NCBI GenBank assembly: GCA_965261595.1
Contig: CBDHDG010000007.1
Span: forward strand, 992,001-1,056,000
Direction of reading: 5' to 3'
Origin: a bacterium
GTDB taxonomy: Bacteria; UBA8248; JACPRG01; G963555815
DNA length: 64,000 bases
This document shows, piece after piece, positions 42,036 to 52,222 of the stretch. The notes under the pieces are model-generated. The model did not search any database. It saw only the letters and a program-made list of their open reading frames with translations, and was not told the origin of the DNA. Position 1 is the first letter of the stretch; every line of letters begins with the position of its first letter. A program made the position numbers and the translations under genes.

Positions 42036-42635
42036 TCATCGGTCTCCCTCCCGAACCCAGCGCGTGAAATCCGCCCGCATCTCCAGCGGTCGGCGGCGGC
42101 GGTCCACCTTCCGGATGCTCATCGAATTCGGGGCCGTGAGGAGGTTGATGAACCCCGCCCGGCCCGAGTCCAGCATCTCGTCCAACGCCGCGTCGAAGGC
42201 CTTGGGCGAATCCACCGTCGCCGTTTGCGGGAACCGCGCCGCCCGGGCGAAGTCCTCCAGGTCGATCGAGGGGTCGGCCGGCAGGGCCTGCCCTCCGGTT
42301 GCGGCGTAGACCGCGTTGTAGAAGGCCAGGATCAGGAGGTTGGGCGGGGCCTTGGCCCCGGCGGTGACGAGGGCCTCGAGCTTCATCAGCAAGCCGCCGT
42401 CTCCCTCGAGGGCGATCACCGACTTGTCCGGCCGCGCGACCGCCATCCCGAGGGCCACCGGGAGGGTCAGCCCCATGTAATCGGTCAGAAAGAAATTCGA
42501 GGCCTGGGGCCGCGTCTCGGACCACAGCCGGGAGGCCCCCCCGAGGCAGCAGACCACGATCCGGCTGGCGGCCCGGGGCGCCAAACGCTCCAGGTAAGAC
42601 TGCCGATCCGGCCACTTCTTACCGCCAGCCTTCAT
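42036..42635 (-). CDS. TPP-binding decarboxylase beta subunit (ComE-like)
   Basis: MGL..PVALG, EGDGGLLM..N..Y..TGGQ. Confidence 0.8.
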   Translation of the reverse strand: MKAGGKKWPDRQSYLERLAPRAASRIVVCCLGGASRLWSETRPQASNFFLTDYMGLTLPVALGMAVARPDKSVIALEGDGGLLMKLEALVTAGAKAPPNLLILAFYNAVYAATGGQALPADPSIDLEDFARAARFPQTATVDSPKAFDAALDEMLDSGRAGFINLLTAPNSMSIRKVDRRRRPLEMRADFTRWVREGDR

Positions 42636-42915
42636 GTCGGGTGCCCTCCTCGCGACCAGGGGGTCAGGAGTTAAACTTCTTCCTTCGATGACCTATCGGC
42701 CATATGGCCTCCGGCCCGTTGCTGGTCTCATACCCGCCGGGCGTGCCGGAAAAGTATAAATCAAGTTTCGGCCCTCCTGATTTTCTTCTTCTCTGCCATC
42801 CGTTCCGCTGCGCCCGACCCCATTTTAGGGACGCGGGAAACCGGGAGTTGCCGGGTCAATCCTTCTTTCCCTCCTTGCGGCCTTTTGGGGTTCCGCTTAT
42901 ATTGGATCTTGTAAG

Positions 42916-43000
42916 CCGCTAGGGGTGGAATTCTGAGAGCCGGCGCTCTTTCCGGCAACCCTTGGAACCTGATCGGGGTAATCCCCGCGAAGGGAAGCGG
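42916..43000 (+). ncRNA. TPP riboswitch
   Basis: GGGGTG..CTGAGA..ACCCTTGGAACCTGATCGGGGTAATCCCCGCGAAGGGAA upstream of thiS. Confidence 0.9.
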
Positions 43001-43045
43001 TTGAAACGGGTCTCATTCGACACACCCCGAGCCGATGCCCCGTTC

Positions 43046-43078
43046 AACCGCGTGTCCCGGGCGGACAGGCGGTTTTTT
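43046..43078 (+). terminator. riboswitch-associated intrinsic terminator
   Basis: AACCGCGTGTCC..GGACAGGCGGTT hairpin plus T run. Confidence 0.6.
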
Positions 43079-43094
43079 GATGGCCGATTCACGG

Positions 43095-43337
43095 ATGACG
43101 GAAAGGGGCGCGTCCATCTCCATCACGCTGAACGGCGAGGGCCGCGAGGCGCCGGCCGGCGTCACCGTCGCGGAACTGCTGGACCACCTGGACCTGCGGG
43201 GCCGGCAGGTGGCCGTGGCGCGCAACGCCGAGATCGTCCCGCGCTCGGATTTCGAGACCGTCCGGATCGAGGACGGCGACCGCATCGAGATCGTCCAGGC
43301 CATCGGCGGCGGGGCCGGGGGAGAGGAAGCGGGCTGA
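43095..43337 (+). CDS. thiS: sulfur carrier ThiS with C-terminal extension
   Basis: [31 protein letters not shown] then AGGEEAG. Confidence 0.88.
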   Translation: MTERGASISITLNGEGREAPAGVTVAELLDHLDLRGRQVAVARNAEIVPRSDFETVRIEDGDRIEIVQAIGGGAGGEEAG

Positions 43338-43410
43338 ACGACCATTCATCGGCGGCGCGGCGGCAAAGATTGTCCGGCCGGAACGGCGCGGGCGGGGGAG
43401 GCCAACCCAA

Positions 43411-44187
43411 ATGGGATCGACATACGAGCTGGGAGGGAAGACGTTCACCTCCCGGCTGATCGTCGGAAGCGGAAAGTATAAGTCCTTCGAAGAAACGAAG
43501 CTCGCCACCGAGGCCGGCGGGGCGGAGATCATCACTGTCGCCGTGCGCCGCGTGAACCTGGACGCCTCCAAAGGCGAGAGCCTCCTGGATTTCATCGACC
43601 CGAAAAAGTACACCATCCTGCCCAACAGCGCCGGCTGCTACACGGTGGACGACGCGGTTCTCACGTGCCGCCTGGCCCGCGAGCTCCTGGGCGCGGACAT
43701 GATCAAGCTTGAAGTCATCGGAGACGAGAAGACCCTCTTCCCCGACAACGAGAAGACCCTTGAGGCCGCCAAGATCCTGGTCGCAGACGGATTCACCGTT
43801 CTGCCCTACTGCATCGACGATCCCATCGTGTGCAAAAAGCTGGAAGACGCCGGGTGCGTGGCCGTCATGCCCCTGGCCGCCCCCATCGGGTCCGGACTGG
43901 GAATCCGCAACCCGTACAACATTCGGATCATCCTCGAGCACGCAAGTGTACCCGTCATCGTGGACGCCGGCGTGGGGACGGCCTCCGACGCCTCGGTTGT
44001 CATGGAGCTGGGGTGCACGGCCGTCCTGATGAACTCGGCGATTGCGGGAGCGGCGGACCCAATCAAGATGGCCGGGGCCATGAAACGCGCCGTCGAGGCG
44101 GGACGCATGGCCTACGAGGCGGGCCGCATCCCGAAGAAGCTCTACGCCACCGCGTCCAGCCCGCTGGAGGGCGTCGCCCGGGTGTAA
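43411..44187 (+). CDS. thiG: thiazole synthase
   Basis: [39 protein letters not shown]. Confidence 0.97.
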   Translation: MGSTYELGGKTFTSRLIVGSGKYKSFEETKLATEAGGAEIITVAVRRVNLDASKGESLLDFIDPKKYTILPNSAGCYTVDDAVLTCRLARELLGADMIKLEVIGDEKTLFPDNEKTLEAAKILVADGFTVLPYCIDDPIVCKKLEDAGCVAVMPLAAPIGSGLGIRNPYNIRIILEHASVPVIVDAGVGTASDASVVMELGCTAVLMNSAIAGAADPIKMAGAMKRAVEAGRMAYEAGRIPKKLYATASSPLEGVARV

Positions 44188-44198
44188 GGCGGAAACCT

Positions 44199-44298
44199 TG
44201 GGGGGGACATTTTGAAAATTGTCCCCCCCAAGCCCCCCCTCAAAAACTTTCATTTCGCGAAAGGGGGGAGCGCCAAAGGCGCTCCCCCCTTTCGCGAG
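44199..44298. repeat. GC-rich palindromes between thiG and thiE
   Basis: TTGGGGGGGACA..TGTCCCCCCCAA and TCGCGAAAGGGGGGAGCGCC..GGCGCTCCCCCCTTTCGCGA hairpins. Confidence 0.55.
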
Positions 44299-44540
44299 AA
44301 TTTGATGAGATGCAAACCTGCCTCCAAGCGCGGGTAGGGCGGCCATCTTGGCCGCCATCGGATGGCGCGGCTGGAGGGCCAACAACCGACCTGCGCCCGC
44401 CCTGCCGGGGGGTTCCCAACCCCTGGGGGGGGCTGAGGGGCGCCTTTCAAGAAGTCCCCCAGAAATCTGAAATGGACGAATTCTCGCCTCGTTTTTCCTG
44501 GTAAAATGGGTGGGTCATCTCCTACATCCGGAGTATTGGA

Positions 44541-45212
44541 ATGAACCTGCCCCGTCTTTATCTCATCACTGACCGCACCCTCGTCCCGGGGGGCGATCTG
44601 GAAGCGGCCCTCGAGGGGGCGCTTCGGGGGGGCGCGAAGCTCATCCAACTCCGCGAAAAGGATCTGTCGGGCGGAGCGATGCTCCGTCTTGCGGAATCCA
44701 TCCTGGCGCTGACAAAGGAACACCGCGCCCGCCTCCTGATCAACGACCGGGTGGACGTGGCGGCGGCCGTCGGGGCCGACGGGGCGCACTTGGGAAGCCG
44801 CGGAATCCCCATCGGCGAGGCCCGGACGATCCTCGGCGAGAAGGCGATCCTCGGCTACTCGGCCCATACGATGGAAGAGGCGCAGATGGCGGGGCGGCTG
44901 GGCGCGGACCTGGTCACCCTGGGCCCGGTTTTCCCCACGCGGAAGGAGTATTCGGCCCCCCTCCTGGGACTGGACGGGTTGCAGTTCGCATGCGCGGAGC
45001 TGAGCGTGCCCGTCTATGCCCTCGGGGGGATCAACGCTACGAACGCGACCGGCGCCATCGAGGCGGGGGCGACCGGCGTCGCCTTGATCTCTTCTGTCTT
45101 CGCCGGCCCGGCTCCCGAAGCCCGCGCCCGGGAGTTGGTCCGTCTGCTCGGAGGCAAGGAGGCCTCGACGCCCTTCATCCGGAAATGGCTCCGGTTCCGG
45201 CGGAAGGACTGA
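44541..45212 (+). CDS. thiE: thiamine phosphate synthase
   Basis: LYLITD, IQLREK, INDRVD, GAHLG, GPVFPT, YALGGI. Confidence 0.92.
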   Translation: MNLPRLYLITDRTLVPGGDLEAALEGALRGGAKLIQLREKDLSGGAMLRLAESILALTKEHRARLLINDRVDVAAAVGADGAHLGSRGIPIGEARTILGEKAILGYSAHTMEEAQMAGRLGADLVTLGPVFPTRKEYSAPLLGLDGLQFACAELSVPVYALGGINATNATGAIEAGATGVALISSVFAGPAPEARARELVRLLGGKEASTPFIRKWLRFRRKD

Positions 45213-45285
45213 CGCGCCGAGGACGGCCGGCCCTTCAGGCGGCGCGCTTTCGCCGCCCGGGTTACACCCTCACCCCCTTGTCCGC

Positions 45286-46444
45286 TCATCCCGCCGCGCG
45301 TTCGTACACCCCGATGATGTCTTCCTTCGTCATGCGGCGCGGGTTGAAGTCCAGGATTCGCGTGATTTGGGCGGCCGCCTCGGCCAGCTCGGGAATGACG
45401 GAAGCGTCGAGATCGAGCTCGCGCAAAGTCGTGGGGACGCCGACGTCCTCGCAAAGCGTGCGGACGGCGTCCACCGAGACCTCGGCCGCCTCCCGGACCG
45501 AGAGCCCGTCCACGTCCTCCCCCAGCGTCTCCGCGATCACGGCGAACTTGTTCAGGTCCGAGATGAAGTTGAACTCCATCACGTGGGGAAAGAGCATCGC
45601 GTTCCCGATCCCGTGGGGGACGTGGCACCGGCCGCCCAGGGGATACGAAAGCGCGTGGATGGCCCCCGCGCTCGCGCCCGCCAGACAGACCCCCCCGTAG
45701 TAGCTGCCCAGGAGCATATCCGCCCGGGCCTCCAGATCCCGCCCGTTGTGGACGGCGCTCCTGATGCTTCGGGAAATGAGGCGCATCCCCTCGAGGGAGA
45801 ACATCTCCGAGATCGGCGTCGCGTTCAGGGACACGTACGTTTCCAGGCAGTGGGTCAGGGCGTCTACGCCGGAGGCGGCCGTCTGCTATCGGCGGCAGGC
45901 CCAACGTGAGCTCCGGGTCGAGAATCGCCACGTCCGCGATGACGTGCGAGCTGACGATGGCCTTTTTGACCTTCTCCTCCTCGATGGAGAAGATGGCGTT
46001 GGGCGTGGCCTCCGCTCCGGTTCCGGCGGTCGTGGGGATCATGATGGAGGGCGTCCCGGGCTGCGGGACAAGGTCGATCCCCAGGTAGTCGCGGACCTCC
46101 CCGTCGTTGGTGAGGAGGACGCTCATCGACTTGGCGACGTCGAGGGGGCTTCCGCCGCCGATCCCCACAACCAGGTCGAACTTCTCTTTCCGATAGACGT
46201 CGAAGCACTTCTCGAGCGCCTCGATGGGGGGCTCGGGCGGCACGTCGTCATACACCTCGACTTCCGCGCCGGCCGCGCGCAGGGGCTCAAGGGCGTAATC
46301 CAGAAGACCCGCCTCGCGGATCCCCTTGTCGGTGATCACCAAGGCGTGCTTCGAGCCGAGGGCCCGGCTTTCTTCCTCCAGCTTCGCGGCGCCGCCGGGC
46401 CCGAAGAAGACCCGGTTGGAAAACCGCATGCGGACAACTTCCAT
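45286..46444 (-). CDS. iron-containing alcohol dehydrogenase (apparent frameshift near 45890)
   Basis: GGGSPLDVAK, PTTAGTGAE, HALSYPL, PHG.GN. Confidence 0.88.
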
Positions 46445-46482
46445 CACTCCGGCTCCTTTGCTTCTTGACGCGAATATCAAAT

Positions 46483-46702
46483 GGGCACTTGCGTGCCGGC
46501 CAAGCTGCGATTGAGGGTTGTTGCGCTCATTACAACGTCTTTGGCGCACAGAGGGGCGCTTGCACGCCAGCCAGGCTGCGGCTGAAGTTCGTTGCGCTCA
46601 TCATAACGCCTTTGGCGCACGGAGGGGCGCTTGCGTGCCGGCCCAACTGCGGTTGAGGTTCGTTGCGGTCATTAAAACGTCTTTGGCGCACGGCGGGCAC
46701 TT
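46483..46702. repeat. three degenerate ~71-bp tandem repeats
   Basis: Units start at 46483, 46554, 46625 (partial at 46695): GGGCRCTTGC..CTGCG..GTTGCG.TCAT..AACG.CTTTGGCGCAC. Confidence 0.85.
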
Positions 46703-46785
46703 CGCCCCCCCCCCCCCCCCGAAAGCCAAAAGCCAAATAAAATATCCTTACCCCAGCAAGGGATATTTGGCTTTATTTCTCACTT

Positions 46786-46938
46786 TTACCTTATTTCGCT
46801 CGGGTGGACCCCGTTTAATCTGGGCCAATTTGTGGAGACCCTTTGGCGCCGCTCAGGGTGACCGTTGGGCGTCTTGGGCTCGGTGGACATTTGCGCGTTC
46901 CGTCGATTCGCCTCGATTTTCGCCTGAGTGACCTTCAT
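46786..46938 (-). pseudogene. fragment of conserved hypothetical protein (ANRRNA..ST.PKT motif)
   Basis: MKVTQAKIEANRRNAQMSTEPKTP then degenerates. Confidence 0.5.
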
Positions 46939-47038
46939 GAATACCGGAGTTATATACTTGACACAGACGACCACAACATGTAGATCGCGTCCGCGTCTCG
47001 GTTGACCACAAGATGTAGGGGGGAGGTTTTTCGAGGGA

Positions 47039-47359
47039 TCATCGGGGCTGACCCCGGCGCCGTGGCCTTTTTTGTGGCAAGTGTTTTTTTATGGGCTTGG
47101 CTTTTAGATTCAGGGATGGGATTTCTTTATTCTCACATTTTGGGTCAATCTCCAAATGATTGACCATCTGCTTGATCTTACCCCTCTTGATATCGGCTTG
47201 TGATTTTGAGCCGTGCTCCCCTTTTGGCAATGAGGGGAAGGATTTCTCCCCAAATTTTACGCAGTAATAGTGGTCAGTCGTTTCAATCTCGTGTCCTTGG
47301 GCACACTTCTTGAGCATGTCAAAGACATTTTTGAGCTTAACTTGGCCAAAAGAGCCCAA
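47039..47359 (-). CDS. HicA-like toxin candidate
   Basis: Small basic protein; MLKK..H.YCVK..LPKGEHG..DIKRGKIKQMV pattern. Confidence 0.45.
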   Translation of the reverse strand: MGSFGQVKLKNVFDMLKKCAQGHEIETTDHYYCVKFGEKSFPSLPKGEHGSKSQADIKRGKIKQMVNHLEIDPKCENKEIPSLNLKAKPIKKHLPQKRPRRRGQPR

Positions 47360-47364
47360 ACGCC

Positions 47365-47868
47365 CTAAGCCGCCAAGAGGTTGATTTTAGGTTCTGTCTG
47401 TTCAATCTTGTTCTTTTCTGGCAATAGTGAATTTTCTAGGAGCCTCCCTTGATTCATGGCAACGATTAGACTTACATCGACCTGAGCAGGGGATTCCGCA
47501 GGCTCCCTCGTTAGGGTATCTTCCTTCACTTTTCCGCTTCTTACATCACACACCGCCTCTTCCCATTCTTCAAGCGTGGGGCGGCTTACCTCGTGGAAGA
47601 AACGCTGTACCCGTTCGCTGAATTGGTCATAGTTCTGCTCCTTTTCAGCGAAATCAAAGATTATTGAAATGAATGTTTTTTTGAATTCCCAATAGGCCTC
47701 TGTCCTGGTCTTCCCGCACGCAGCTAGACCACCTGGCTCCACACCGTAAAACCAAACACCTTCTTTTTCTTCTTCGGTGAAGGCCTTGCCCTTTGCTACG
47801 ACCTCTGCGAGGAACCCTTTGCCAAAGACGTGTTCTCGGATGTTAAAATACAGGGGACACTTTTTCAT
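47365..47868 (-). CDS. HicB-like antitoxin candidate
   Basis: EEEKEGVW..PGGLAACGKTRTEAY resembles the HicB PG..xGxT.EEA motif. Confidence 0.45.
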   Translation of the reverse strand: MKKCPLYFNIREHVFGKGFLAEVVAKGKAFTEEEKEGVWFYGVEPGGLAACGKTRTEAYWEFKKTFISIIFDFAEKEQNYDQFSERVQRFFHEVSRPTLEEWEEAVCDVRSGKVKEDTLTREPAESPAQVDVSLIVAMNQGRLLENSLLPEKNKIEQTEPKINLLAA

Positions 47869-48267
47869 CTTGTTTTCTCCAGGCCCCAGAAAAGGACAAG
47901 CGACACCAATTGGCCGTCGGCCTGACATTATGATCTTGTACTTTCGATGCCAGAATGATTGATTTGGTTCATGCTCCGTTTTGCAGGATATAGAACCTGT
48001 GTGCAATCTCTGCCACCAAAGTCTAGTGATCTAAGGAGCTTCAGTTTCGAGCAGAAATAGGGAGAATGTCAACCCCTACATCTTGTGGTTCGGCCTTTTG
48101 GGTCCGTTTTACTACATGAGTGGGTCGAGGGGTCAAGTATATAATCGCGAGAATTTCTCATCGAGATCGAGGCCTGCGCCGCCCGGTAGAGCGGAATCCC
48201 GGTGAAGGATGTTTCGCCCCTGGAGCGCATTGCCCCTCTCCGAGTCGACGGAATGGCGGCGCCGTCC

Positions 48268-49134
48268 TCAGCGCGCTTGGCCCGGATTCCGCGACTCCGC
48301 CCGCGCGAGGACGGAGCGCGCCTTGCGGATCATGGCCCGGTCGATCATCTTGCCCCGGAAGGAGATGGCCCCGGCGCCCGCGGCCTCGGCTTCCTCGAAG
48401 GCGGCGATCATATCGGTGTAATGCGCCGCTTCCCGCTCCGAGAGGGAGAAAACCCGGTTCACCGGCGCCACCTGTCCGGGATGGATGACCGTCTTGCCCC
48501 GATAGCCCAGACGCTTGGCGTTTTCCGCATCCCGCACCAGCCCCTCTTCGTCGTCGAGACCCGGGAACACCCCATCCAGCGGATGATCGATCCCGGCGGC
48601 CCGCGCCTCGAGGAGGACCTTTGAGCGGGCGTAGAGCAGCTCCGTGCCTTCAGGGGACCATCCACAGCCGAGGTCGGTCATCAGGTCGCCGTCCTCGGCG
48701 CTCCCGAAACAGACCGAAGCCACCCTGGGCGAGGCCGTCAAGACAGCGTAAGCGAAGAGCACCCCTCTGGCGGACTCGATGAAGGGAATGATCTCGATGC
48801 CGCCGGCGTCGATCCCCGCGGCGGACTCCAGCCGATCGATCTCGGCCTTGGGCAGAACAACCCCCGAAAGGCCAGGCCGCACCACGGCCTCCAGGTCCGC
48901 CCGGACCATCGAGGCGCTCCCTTCGGCTTCAAAACCGTTGACCCGAACGTATCGGGGCGGACCCTCGCGGGCTTGGAGCATCTCTCCCGCCCGCTCTCTG
49001 GCGGCCGGCTTCTCGGCGGCTGGAACGGAATCCTCCAGATCCAGGAGCAGCCCGTCGGCACCGGCGCCGGGGGCTTTCTCCAGAAGACGCTCTCTGTGGG
49101 CGGGAACAAAAAGAAGCGACCGGAAAGGCTCCAC
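48268..49134 (-). CDS. CitE/HpcH family CoA-ester lyase
   Basis: RSLLFVP, LDLEDSV, YVRVN, IESARG, GK..IHPGQ, GKMID. Confidence 0.9.
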   Translation of the reverse strand: MEPFRSLLFVPAHRERLLEKAPGAGADGLLLDLEDSVPAAEKPAARERAGEMLQAREGPPRYVRVNGFEAEGSASMVRADLEAVVRPGLSGVVLPKAEIDRLESAAGIDAGGIEIIPFIESARGVLFAYAVLTASPRVASVCFGSAEDGDLMTDLGCGWSPEGTELLYARSKVLLEARAAGIDHPLDGVFPGLDDEEGLVRDAENAKRLGYRGKTVIHPGQVAPVNRVFSLSEREAAHYTDMIAAFEEAEAAGAGAISFRGKMIDRAMIRKARSVLARAESRNPGQAR

Positions 49135-49367
49135 CGCGCTACGTCCTCCGCCTCCGGAGGCTCCGCCTTGGGAGGCTCCGCCTCGGGAGGGACGCGTCCG
49201 TGTCGCCCCGGATCACGACTTCGACATCTTCAAAGCAGAGTGGTTTCGGCATTCGATTCACTTGTGCTTCGCGCCGGGCCCCCCGGCCCCATCCTGGATT
49301 CGTTCGCCGGTCTCGATCGAGGTCCGCCGCGGCGCCCGGCCCGGCCGCTCCCGACTTCCATTTTCGG

Positions 49368-49802
49368 TCAATCCAGGACCGCGACAGCCTCGATCTCAAG
49401 CAGCCAGTCCGGGTGAACCAGCCGCTGGATCTGGACACAGGTGTTGGCGACAGGCTCATCGGGAAAGTAGTCGTTTCTGACCCGCGCGACGGGGCCGAGG
49501 TGGGCGTCGATGTCGGTGGAGTAGATGTTCAGCTTCACCACGTGTTCGTAGCCGCACCCGGCGGCCTCGAGGCATTTTCCGATGTTCTCGAACACCTGCC
49601 GCGCCTGGGCCTCAATATCGCCTTTTCCCACCACCTGGCCGTGGGCGTCCACCGGGATCTGGCCGGCCACGTAGACCGTGTCGCCGATCTTCACAACCTG
49701 CGCGAACCGGCCGTTTCCGTTTTGGAGTCCTGTCCCCGCGCTGTGGCCTTTCGCGTCCCGGGCGTCCCAAATCCCCTCCGGCTGAATCACTTCTCTGGGC
49801 AT
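49368..49802 (-). CDS. RidA/YjgF family protein
   Basis: VYVAGQ, QARQVFENI, VVKLNIY, LLEIEAVA. Confidence 0.9.
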   Translation of the reverse strand: MPREVIQPEGIWDARDAKGHSAGTGLQNGNGRFAQVVKIGDTVYVAGQIPVDAHGQVVGKGDIEAQARQVFENIGKCLEAAGCGYEHVVKLNIYSTDIDAHLGPVARVRNDYFPDEPVANTCVQIQRLVHPDWLLEIEAVAVLD

Positions 49803-49893
49803 GATTCCCCCCCCCCCTTCCACACTTTTGAGAGCGGTTTCGGGAGCGCCGCCGGAGCGCTCCCGGCCAATCCCCTTGAAATCCGCGTGAGCC

Positions 49894-51021
49894 CTACAGG
49901 AGGTCATCCAGCGGACAGAACCCCGCGCCGACGGCCTCGGCCACGGCCTGAAAAACAACCTCGCCCCGGTATACGTTGATCCCCTGGCGAAGGGTCGGAT
50001 CGGCCGCCGCCTTGGATATCCCGCCATCGGCCAGGGCGACGGTGTAGGGCAGCGTGGCGTGGGTGAGGGCGAAGGTCGAGGTGCGGGAAACCGCCCCCGG
50101 CATGTTGGCGACGCAGTAATGGATCACGCCGTCCACTTCGAAGGTCGGATTCCGGTGATGGGTGGGGTGGGTGGTTTCGATGCAGCCGCCCTGATCCACC
50201 GCCACGTCCACAATGACCGATCCGGGTTTCATCCGGCCGACCCATTCGGCGGAAACCAGCTTCGGCGCCCGGGCTCCGGCTATGTACACCCCACCCACCA
50301 GCAAGTCCGCCTGGGCGATGGTCTCGCGGATGTTGAAGGCGTTGGAGGCCAGGGTCTTGAGCCGCCCGCCGAAGACGTCGTCCAGGTAGGAGAGCTGGCG
50401 GTGGTCGACGTCGAGCAGGGTGACGTTGGCCCCCATCCCAACGGCCACCTTGGCGGCGTTCTTGCCGACCGTTCCGCCACCGAGGATCACCACCGTCCCG
50501 GCCTCCACGCCGGGCACGCCGGCCAAGAGAACGCCGCGGCCTCCCTCGGGGACCTCCAGGTATTTGGCGCCCTCCTGAATGGCCATGCGACCGGCGATCT
50601 CGCTCATCGGCGCGAGGAGCGGAAACGTGCCGTCGGGCAACCGGATGGTCTCGTAGGCGACGGCGTCCACGCGCGCCCGCGTAAGGGCCTCCACCAAGTC
50701 GGGATTCGCCGCCAGGTGGAGGAACGTGAAGAGCAGAAGACCCTCGCGGAAATGGGGGATTTCCTCGGGCAGGGGCTCTTTGACTTTCAACACCATGTCG
50801 GCGCGAGACCAGACGTTTTCGGCCTCCTCGACGATCTCCGCCCCGGCGGCCTGGTACTCTTCGTCGGCGATCCCGCTTCCCGCGCCCGCTCCCCGCTGGA
50901 TGAGGACCTCGTGCCCCGCCGCGCGGAAGGCCTCCACTCCGGACGGCGCGGCGGCGACGCGGTACTCATCCTCTTTGATTTCTTTCGGGACACCGATGAT
51001 CACCGGTTCCGTCCCCTCCAT
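49894..51021 (-). CDS. ald: alanine dehydrogenase
   Basis: GVPKEIK..EYRV, KVKEP, LLAPMSEIAG, DVAVDQGGC, HYCVANMPG. Confidence 0.95.
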   Translation of the reverse strand: MEGTEPVIIGVPKEIKEDEYRVAAAPSGVEAFRAAGHEVLIQRGAGAGSGIADEEYQAAGAEIVEEAENVWSRADMVLKVKEPLPEEIPHFREGLLLFTFLHLAANPDLVEALTRARVDAVAYETIRLPDGTFPLLAPMSEIAGRMAIQEGAKYLEVPEGGRGVLLAGVPGVEAGTVVILGGGTVGKNAAKVAVGMGANVTLLDVDHRQLSYLDDVFGGRLKTLASNAFNIRETIAQADLLVGGVYIAGARAPKLVSAEWVGRMKPGSVIVDVAVDQGGCIETTHPTHHRNPTFEVDGVIHYCVANMPGAVSRTSTFALTHATLPYTVALADGGISKAAADPTLRQGINVYRGEVVFQAVAEAVGAGFCPLDDLL

Positions 51022-51071
51022 CCCTTTGCGCGAGGGATCCTCCCCGGGGCCTGAAAAACGCCGCGGACGGT

Positions 51072-51524
51072 CTAAGCGCTCCGGCCGCCGTCCTCGACGA
51101 TTCGGTACGCGCCTGACGCCTCGGCCGCCACTTCACCCGAGCTCATCATGGCCTTGGATTGCAGGCGGGCGAGCGGGCCTTTGCGATCCACCAGCCAGGA
51201 TTCAAACCGGAGGCTCTCACCAATGGGGACGGGAGAGCGATACCGGACCTCCATCCTCCCCGTGACGGCTTTCACGCCGCGCAGGAAATACCAATTGGCC
51301 ATCACATCGTCGAGGATCGCGCCCAGGATGCCTCCGTGAAGCCAGCCATCATACCCCTGGTGACACTCGTCGGGGACAAACGCGGCGCGGCAGATTTTTT
51401 CGTCCTCTTCCAGGCGGAACGTCAGACGGAGACCGAAGGCGTTATGGGGACCGCAAACGAAGCAGTGGGTGTTGGGACGGACGGAGGCCTTAAGCGGCGT
51501 TGGTTCGGTCGAGGGTTCGGCCAT
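51072..51524 (-). CDS. PaaI family thioesterase
   Basis: CFVCG.HN..GL, HQGYDG.LHGG. Confidence 0.85.
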   Translation of the reverse strand: MAEPSTEPTPLKASVRPNTHCFVCGPHNAFGLRLTFRLEEDEKICRAAFVPDECHQGYDGWLHGGILGAILDDVMANWYFLRGVKAVTGRMEVRYRSPVPIGESLRFESWLVDRKGPLARLQSKAMMSSGEVAAEASGAYRIVEDGGRSA

Positions 51525-51655
51525 GACAAGGAGTCCCGGGATAACCGGCCACCGAGAGGCCGGCAGACGCATCGTTCAGGGCCCGACCGGCGGCTGGCGC
51601 GTTTCGGACGGGCTCACCCCGGCGGGGGAGGATCTCCAGGTGGAAGACCGACTTT

Positions 51656-52174
51656 TCAGGATTTCTCCCCGCCCTCGGAAGCGGGCTCTTCCTTCGCCTC
51701 GGCCGGGGCGTCCCCGGACTTCTTCGTCCGCCCTCTCACCCGGTCGGCAAGCTTCTTGGCCCGGCCCGGCTTCTCTTCCCCCGCGGACGCGGAAGGCCCC
51801 GCGCCGCCATCCTTCGCCTCGCGATCGACGAGCTCCAGAAACGCCATGTCGGCGTTGTCTCCGGCCCTGGGTGAAAGGTGGAGGATGCGGGTGTAGCCTC
51901 CGGGACGGTCGGCATACCTTTTTCCCAGGGTGTCGAAGAGCTTGTGAACAACGTCCTTGTCCCGGATGAAGGAGAGCGCCTGTCGGCGTGCGTGGAGGTC
52001 GCCCCGCTTCCCGAGGGTGATCATCCGATCGGCGATGCGCCGGGCCTCCTTCGCCTTCTGAAGGGTGGTCCGAATCCGCTCCTTCTCCAGAAGGGAGGTG
52101 ACCATATTGCGGAACATCGCTCTTCGATGGGAAGTCGTCCGGCCCAGATACCGGCCGGCGATCCGGTGGCGCAT
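51656..52174 (-). CDS. rplQ: 50S ribosomal protein L17
   Basis: [15 protein letters not shown]. Confidence 0.97.
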   Translation of the reverse strand: MRHRIAGRYLGRTTSHRRAMFRNMVTSLLEKERIRTTLQKAKEARRIADRMITLGKRGDLHARRQALSFIRDKDVVHKLFDTLGKRYADRPGGYTRILHLSPRAGDNADMAFLELVDREAKDGGAGPSASAGEEKPGRAKKLADRVRGRTKKSGDAPAEAKEEPASEGGEKS

Positions 52175-52222
52175 CGGAAAATCTCCTTATCGGTCCGGTC
52201 CCGGGCCGACGAAATTCGGACG

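Larger units (their letters stand above)
46945..48149. mobile_element. transposase-less IS1595-like cassette
   Basis: IRs CGGAGTTATATACTTGAC / CGCGATTATATACTTGAC plus perfect 17-bp subterminal IR ACCACAAGATGTAGGGG (47005-47021 / 48073-48089); AT-rich cargo. Confidence 0.7.

Noticed and set aside
46483..46702. Tandem repeats as a CRISPR array
   Set aside because: Whole units are homologous, with no constant-repeat/unique-spacer pattern and no adjacent cas genes.
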